Below are positions 57,371 through 64,000 of a DNA stretch of 64,000 bases, one piece after another (position 1 is the stretch's first letter; every line of letters begins with the position of its first letter). Position numbers and translations under genes: made by a program. This stretch comes from Geosiphon pyriformis uo1 (lineage: Eukaryota; Fungi; Glomeromycota). The stretch lies in the NCBI GenBank assembly GCA_016748015.1, contig JAAOMT010000480.1, positions 372,001-436,000 of the forward strand, read 5' to 3'. Under the pieces are notes generated by a model. That model searched no databases, was not told the origin of the DNA, and worked only from the letters and a program-made list of their open reading frames with translations.

Positions 57371-60300
57371 CCATCAACTGCAACATTAACATTTGGATGA
57401 TTCTCATTCTAAAGTAGACAAAGGAAAACAGAATTATTAGGACCATACAGCAAATACTTTGAGGGATTTAATTCACGATCACCAATGTCATTAGGAATTT
57501 GATCACCACTGCCTCAACTGGACTTTGAAACCACTACTCCATGGAAACTATCTGAAGAAGAAAAGAAAGAAGAATCGGAAGATCAAAAATTTACTTACCA
57601 GAACCCAATTACTGAAAACCCAGAAGTTGAAACACCGAATTTTTAAACCCAGCAAAATTTAAATCTAGAAAATTCGGAAATCATCACTCCAAATTATCAA
57701 AGGCAGAACAATCTAAATCCCAAATTAATTAATCAGCAAAACTTACTTCCAGTAATCGTCATCGATCAACCACCAATTAATCCAATAGCCGAACCCATAC
57801 AGCTGCCACTTCAACTACTATCTCAACAACCAGCAGCACAACAATCACTTTAACAGTTACCACAACCACCCAATTTAGATCCAATGGCCTACACACCAAT
57901 CGCAAAACTTGACAATTTTACCAGCAAAGAAGACGACACTCAAGTATGGCTAAATAATGTAAAAAAAGCCATTGCAGCCAATGGATAGAATGACATCTGA
58001 GTCATGCAAGCCATTTCTTACTTTCTCAAGGATACCACCAATTTATGGTATCAGAGCTTGATTAATAAACCACAAGATTTTAATGTCTTCAAAGTGGAAT
58101 TCCTAAGATACTTCAGCAACAATAACAGTATCAATTGCCTAGTCAATATATTTACCACCATAAAACAAGAAGAAACTGAAGCAGTCACCACTTACCTGGG
58201 ATGCTTCCATCAAAATCTGCACCAAATTCAAGCAATTAACACCAACTATTTCACAGCACCACAAATCCTCAACCAGTTTATCTATGGCCTACACAGTAAC
58301 ATCTTGCAACATGTATGTTCGTTGCATCCAGGCACACTTCAAGATGCAATCACATGTGCCAGAGATTTTGAATCCACTAAGTCAGAAGCCAACCACACCC
58401 AAGCTGTTAATCTAGTAATAAACAGATCATCTGAATTGAATTCCAAATTGGAGAAGTTCAGTGAATCAATTAATAAGAGATTGGAAGAATACTTAGCTGA
58501 CAATTACGCTATTTATCAGCCTCCACAACAACGCAATAATTAAGAAAACTCTAATTGTGGCCAAAATCAACCACGTTTATCTTCATCGACCAATCAACAG
58601 TGACAACAAGAAACATGTATCTGCCACTATTGTGATAAATAAGGACATATTCAATTCAACTGCCACCAGTGTTTAAATAACCAATGATCAGAAAATCAAT
58701 ATCGAAATTCCAATCACCAGTTCTTAACTCCAAATTATCAATCAAACTCAACACAATATCAAACCACTTACCTACCAATGATGCAGCAACCAATCTATCA
58801 ACCACCAGTATATCAATCTCCAGTTTATCAAAACCCAACAATTTATTCACCACAGCCACAAGTAATCTATCAGCCACCTCAAGTGATCTATCAACTCCAA
58901 CCAATTCAAACACTGCCCCAAAACTCAGCTACTATGACATCAGGAAACCCAAGACCTAGAATTACTCAAAACAGGAGATTGGCAATAGTAGTTCACCAAC
59001 CAATCCCCAGTTCATCAAACCAGCAAATAGGATCTTGGCAGCAGAATTCGGGTACCAGTACCACCCAAAACCTGAATTCTTAACACTATTTAAGTCTCCT
59101 AGTTACCCCAGAAGATGCCACATCCAGTAACTTGGAATCTGACCAACAGACAACACTTACCAACAACATCCCACCAGCAACTGTTACCAATGATGGATCA
59201 TTAGCAGTTATCTTCCTTTTTGAACTTGAGAAGCCATCCCAATTACTGCTATTCAGTGGAGCCATCCTCGAAGAGAAACCCATTACAGTAATGTACACTA
59301 ATGTGAAAGTAGATGAACACTCTATCAAACTCATTCTTGATAATGGTTCAGCAGGCAGTATTATCACCAAGCAATTCATAGATCAATTAAGTTACCAAGT
59401 TGATCGAGCTGCCAGTGCTAGAATTATTACTGCAGATGGCACTACGAGAATGCTTATTGGCAAAATTGACAACTTCCCAATTGAAGTTAATAGTATTATC
59501 ACCCCCATTAAGGTCTTGGTGATGGAAGCAACTCAATACCAAGCACTAGTTAGTAATAATTGGCTAGTCAAAACCAACGCTGTGCTCAACTGGACCACAC
59601 AAGAACTCCAGCTCAGTTGAAATGGACAACACACATGAGTACTAGCCACGTGTAGTCACTTCAAGACCACCAACTCATTAGCACCACTAATCGACTTTGA
59701 AGAAAAGACAAAACCTACCTGAGAAGCCTACCAAGTCTTGTGGGCCAACCCAGACCACAACAAACTGCTGCTGATACTCTCATAAAACAACAACTTTAAG
59801 GAAAAGCAAAAAAAAAAAACTGACCTGGGAGATAGACAATTTGACCTGGACTGACAATAAACAGGAAGAACCATTGAGTTGGAAGTGGAAAGAAGAAAAG
59901 AGAAAAGGGAAAAAGAGGGAGAAAAAAAACACTCAAGCCAACAACACTTATATTCTATACACTTACGGTTAACAACAATCATTGACCTATTGCCGACCTA
60001 AACTAATATGCATTGATTGTGATAAGAAATTGTCATTAATGGGTACATGCTGTGGCAACAATGAAGAATATCAGACGGCAACCAAGTTCTATTGCCGCAC
60101 ATGCCTTGTCAAACGTTTTGGAAGACCAAAATGAGTGGAAAAATGAGATAATACACCATGTTTAGCCTGTGGAGAAAAAAATGTGGAATGACATTCCTGA
60201 GAGAGGAGGAACATGTGACATTTCCTGCCAATACACAATTCTTATTAGCGACTGGATCGAGAAAGGAACACTAATAGAAGCCATTTGGAGAAGAGCTGTA

Positions 60301-60869
60301 CAATAATTGGACAGTTGTCCACATGACGACAATGAATTATGGTGAATAGCAATCGCCAAAATTGAAGGCGCATCACCAGAAAAAATCAGGACAATTAAAA
60401 ACAACCCACCAGAACCCATCGAGCTTGACTGGAACATAGAGCCAGTCATAAATTTTCTGGAACCAGAAGAGTTCCATAAGCACTACCAAAACTTGGCACC
60501 CACTAGAGAGGAGCAAGAACAACAGCTAGCACAGTTGAATACAAGACTGTGTCACCATTGTTTAATTCCCAGTGACTTTGAATATTGTAACAATTGTGAC
60601 CTTATTTACAATCCACCATCATGCATGATTTACACAATCCCCAAAGAAGAAAAACCAATCAGCAGTTGCACATCGGAGTCGGAATCACCGTTCGATCCTG
60701 ATTCAAACTCCGACAATGATGACGACGAGAATAAACAGTTCTAGCTCTGTTCAAAATGGCAATGACTCCAACTCAGATTCAAACCCCGATTCAAACTGTG
60801 AACAATATATTGCACTCCCTGATCTCTCCAAAAAACAAGAGCTCAAATGGTTTAATTATAATAGTGAAG

Positions 60870-61270
60870 GTATCATGCTGAAACGTGTGCATGATACAGA
60901 TGCAGGGTTTGATCTAAGATATCCAGGAAAAAATACCATCAAATTGGAACCAAATGCACGAGTATGTATTGATTTGAAAATAGCTCTAGAAATTTCAGCA
61001 ACAACCATGGTTTTTTTAGCATCTAGGAGTAGTTTAGCAAAGAAAAGGATTAATATTAAAGGGGGAATAGTAGATGCAGGATATACAGGAAATATTAATG
61101 CCATATTACAAAATAATTCAGAAAAGGCCTATACAATTAAGCCAAATGAAAAAATAGCACAGGCCATATTCCTGCAATTAGTCAAAATAGCCAGCTTAGT
61201 GGAAGTGAGAACAAAGAAGGAATTGGGAATAACAGCAAGAGAGATACAGAGATTTGGGTCAATGGATAGA
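60870..61270 (+). pseudogene. dUTPase domain in Gypsy-C2 pol
   Basis: HDTDAGFDL, SRSSLA, GGIVDAGYTGNI, KIAQAI, R(G)IQ(G)FGS: all five dUTPase motifs, within open ORF 60716-61819. Confidence 0.92.
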
Positions 61271-63153
61271 ATAGAGATATCAGTTAATATGGCAGAGGAA
61301 AAAATTGTTGGCCAAGGAGAAATTATCTCAACCAGTCAAGCTATTTTTATTCCATCATATAGCCAGTACATGCTAGCAATAGAAAGGAAAGAAAAGGAGC
61401 AAGAACAAATTTTTGAAGCTGAAACAAATCTTTGTGAATCAGGAGAGATTAGACTGATCAATCTCTACATACCAGCCAAAAGCTATAGCCATATAAAAAT
61501 TCCTATCTACAACAACACTGGCAAAGTCATCAACATACCAGAAGGAACCATCATTGGATATTTAACCACAGAAATAGAAGACCAACCACCAAACCTCATT
61601 TTGGACTTTCCACAACTTTGTGAATATGTTGACATCACATTACAAACAATTTATGGACAGGACAAATGTTATTTGCTCCAACCAGAACAATTGGAACAAA
61701 TGAACATGGGAAATCTAGACCCACTACAACGTATGCAGCTCAAGATGTTACTCAACAATTTCAATGATATCTTTGCCAGTGAAAACAAATTTGGCAGAAC
61801 TAATATCATCCAACATTAAATCAAGACTGGAGATGTAATGCCAATCAAACAGCAAGCATACAGAGTACCACCAGCAAGCCATAAAATCATTTGTCAAGAG
61901 ATTAATTGAATGCTTGACAATGAGCTAATCTAGCCATCTATGAGCCCATGGTCATCACCAGTGGTACTTGTCCATAAGAAGAATGGAAAAATCCAATTTT
62001 GTGTGGATTACAAAAAACTCAACAGTGTAACTCATGGAGACAGCTACTTGACTCCACGAATCCAGGAATTATTTAACGCTTTTGATGGAAACAAATGGTT
62101 CTTAATATTAGACTTGGATAGTAGTTACTGGCAAGTAGCCATGGATCCAGCTGACAAGGAAAAGACAGCATTCACTACTAGAGAAGGGAATTTCAAATTT
62201 GAAGTAATGCTCTTCGGCTTAACCAATGTCTCAGCCATTTTCCAATGGCTAATAGAAATCATTTATACTGGCTTATTATGGAAATCAGTAATTGTATACT
62301 TGGATGACACCAATGTATTCTCAAAAACATTTGATGATTATCTTCATCATTTTCAATAAGTGTTCGAAAAGTTAAGAAGAGCAGAACTAAAGTTAAATGC
62401 AACAAAGTGCTTTTTCGGCAAGACAGAACTAAAATTCTTGGGACACATAATCAGTAAAGATGGCATTAAAATGAATCCAGAGAAAAAAGAGATAGTAAAA
62501 AACTTTCCAGTACCAACCAATGTAACTGAATTGAAATCATTCTTGGGATTCGCAAGCTATTATCAATGCTTTATAAAGAACTTTTCAAAGATAGCTCAAC
62601 TGCTCAATAATCTGTAAACCAAGAATACAAAATATGAATGGATAGAAAGTCAACAAAAAGCTTTTGATATTCTGAAAAGAAAGCTTATTCAAGCTCCAGT
62701 ACTGATCTACTCAAATTACCATTCATCATTATTACTGATGCATTAGGCCAAGCATTGGGAGCAGTACTATCTCAGAAGGGACCAGACAGCAGAAAACATC
62801 CAGTAGCATATGTCAACTGAGGTCTAACACCAGCTGAAAAGAATTATAAAACACCAGAACTAGAACATTTAGCAATCTATTGGGCAGTCATGAAGTGGAA
62901 TGAATACTTGAGCCAAAAGTTTGATATATACATAGATCATAAAGGGTTAATATCACTTCAAAAGCAAGAATTTGATGACGGCCGCCAATCCAGATAGAAA
63001 ATGGCACTATCACAATATACTTATACTATACACTATAAGAAAGGAAAAGACAATGGAAATGCTGACAGTTTGTCGTGAATAAAACAAATCTAAAAACATT
63101 TCAACCCAAAAATATAACAAAACCAGAACAATACCAATAAAAAATAACAAAAG

Positions 63154-64000
63154 ATGAACATACAAAAATATCAACAACTCCAACATTATATAAACACTTA
63201 AAAGTTCAAGGAGAATTTATCTCAAATAGAACAAAAGAGGATTAAACAACAATCAAAATATTTTATTACTCACCAAAATATACTTTATCAGAAAAATAGA
63301 AGAGATCTAGATCAACCAACCAGAGTAATTACAGAGCCAGAAAAAGAGACAATATTATTTAACATGCACTCAAATCCAACAGCCGGACATTTTCACAAAG
63401 AAGCAACCATAAAAAGAACCAGAAAAAGATACTATTGGCCATCAATGTATCCAGACATCATCCAATATGTTCAAAATTGTGACACTTGTCAGCAAAGAGG
63501 AGGAACAAGACCCAGTGAACTATTAAGACCAATCAAAGTGGGACAACCATTTGATTGGATTGGAATTGATTTAGTCGGACCATTAACAATTACCAGCAGA
63601 GGAAACAAATATATAGCAGTAGTCATAGACTATCTTACTAAATGGCCAGAGGCAAAAGCAATTCAAAGAGCAAATGCAGAATCCATTGCCAAATTTGTTT
63701 ATCAAGATTTGATTTGTCGACATGGATGTCCAAAAGAACTATTATCAGACCAAGGAACCCACTTTGTGAATAAAACATTAGCAGAATTAAGCCAGAGATT
63801 CGGAATTAAGAGACTATTATCATCACCATATCATCCATAAACAAATGGTCTAGTTGAAAGATTTAATAGAACATTGTGTGAAGCAATTGCCAAACTCAGC
63901 CAAGAAAACCAGGACGAATGAGATTTGTTCATATCATCAGTATTATTTGCTTATTGGATAATGAAACAAGATACTACACAAGCAACACCATTTAAATTAG
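63154..64000 (+). pseudogene. Gypsy-C2 integrase, separate ORF, truncated by the window end
   Basis: ATG at 63154 (MNIQKYQQLQHY); H...H...CDTCQ; IGIDLVGP; SDQG; SSPYHP.TNGLVERFN. Confidence 0.9.

Larger units (their letters stand above)
55939..63093 (+). pseudogene. Gypsy-C2 Gag-Pol (no integrase), interrupted by a solo LTR
   Basis: GTG at 55939; CHYCDK.GHIQFNC; LILDNGSAGS; VYLDD; RNase H ending NADSLS(R)IKQI* (TAA 63091-63093). Confidence 0.88.
55010..64000 (+). mobile_element. Gypsy-C2: 5' LTR (55010-55876), PBS, gag-PR-Cys-rich-dUTPase-RT-RH and integrase; runs off the window
   Basis: TGTTACTTATAG...ATAACA; PBS TGGTACTCCCTGTGAA at 55879; ORF fragments 58004, 59132, 60716, 61940, 62360, 63364. 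Confidence 0.93.

Noticed and set aside
59330-59360. Protease active site reading DNG instead of D(S/T)G in the copies seen
   Set aside because: AGY>AAY is the expected G>A decay; it cannot be called a real variant without a genome-wide consensus.

Overview
Eukaryotic, intron-containing fungal DNA. The short GT-AG introns, AT-richness and repeat types suggest Glomeromycotina/Mucoromycota; the repeats remind me of Geosiphon, but this is inference. Bases 1-12.5 kb are a CpG-retaining gene island with three chromatin genes: the 3' end of CDC73, RSC9/ARID2, and a PHD-chromo-SNF2 remodeller (Mit1/CHD3 type). From ~12.8 kb onward the window is a transposon graveyard dominated by C>T/G>A transitions. 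It holds two tail-to-tail APE-RT-RNaseH LINEs, one full-length Ty3/gypsy-like LTR element inside the second LINE, and a four-level nest of related LTR elements with two solo LTRs. The most interesting signal is the LTR element architecture, seen in several divergent copies. ORF1 has a GTG start and encodes Gag, protease, a Cys-rich block, dUTPase, a pseudo-dUTPase, RT and RNase H, then stops. ORF2 is a separate ATG-initiated integrase with a Ginger/GIN1-like N-terminus. ORF3 is a conserved ~240-aa non-Env protein that runs through the PPT into the 3' LTR. Target-site duplications are 4 bp and centred on CA/TG/TA, possibly decayed CG. All element ORFs here are pseudogenised, so the architecture is reconstructed by eye across copies.
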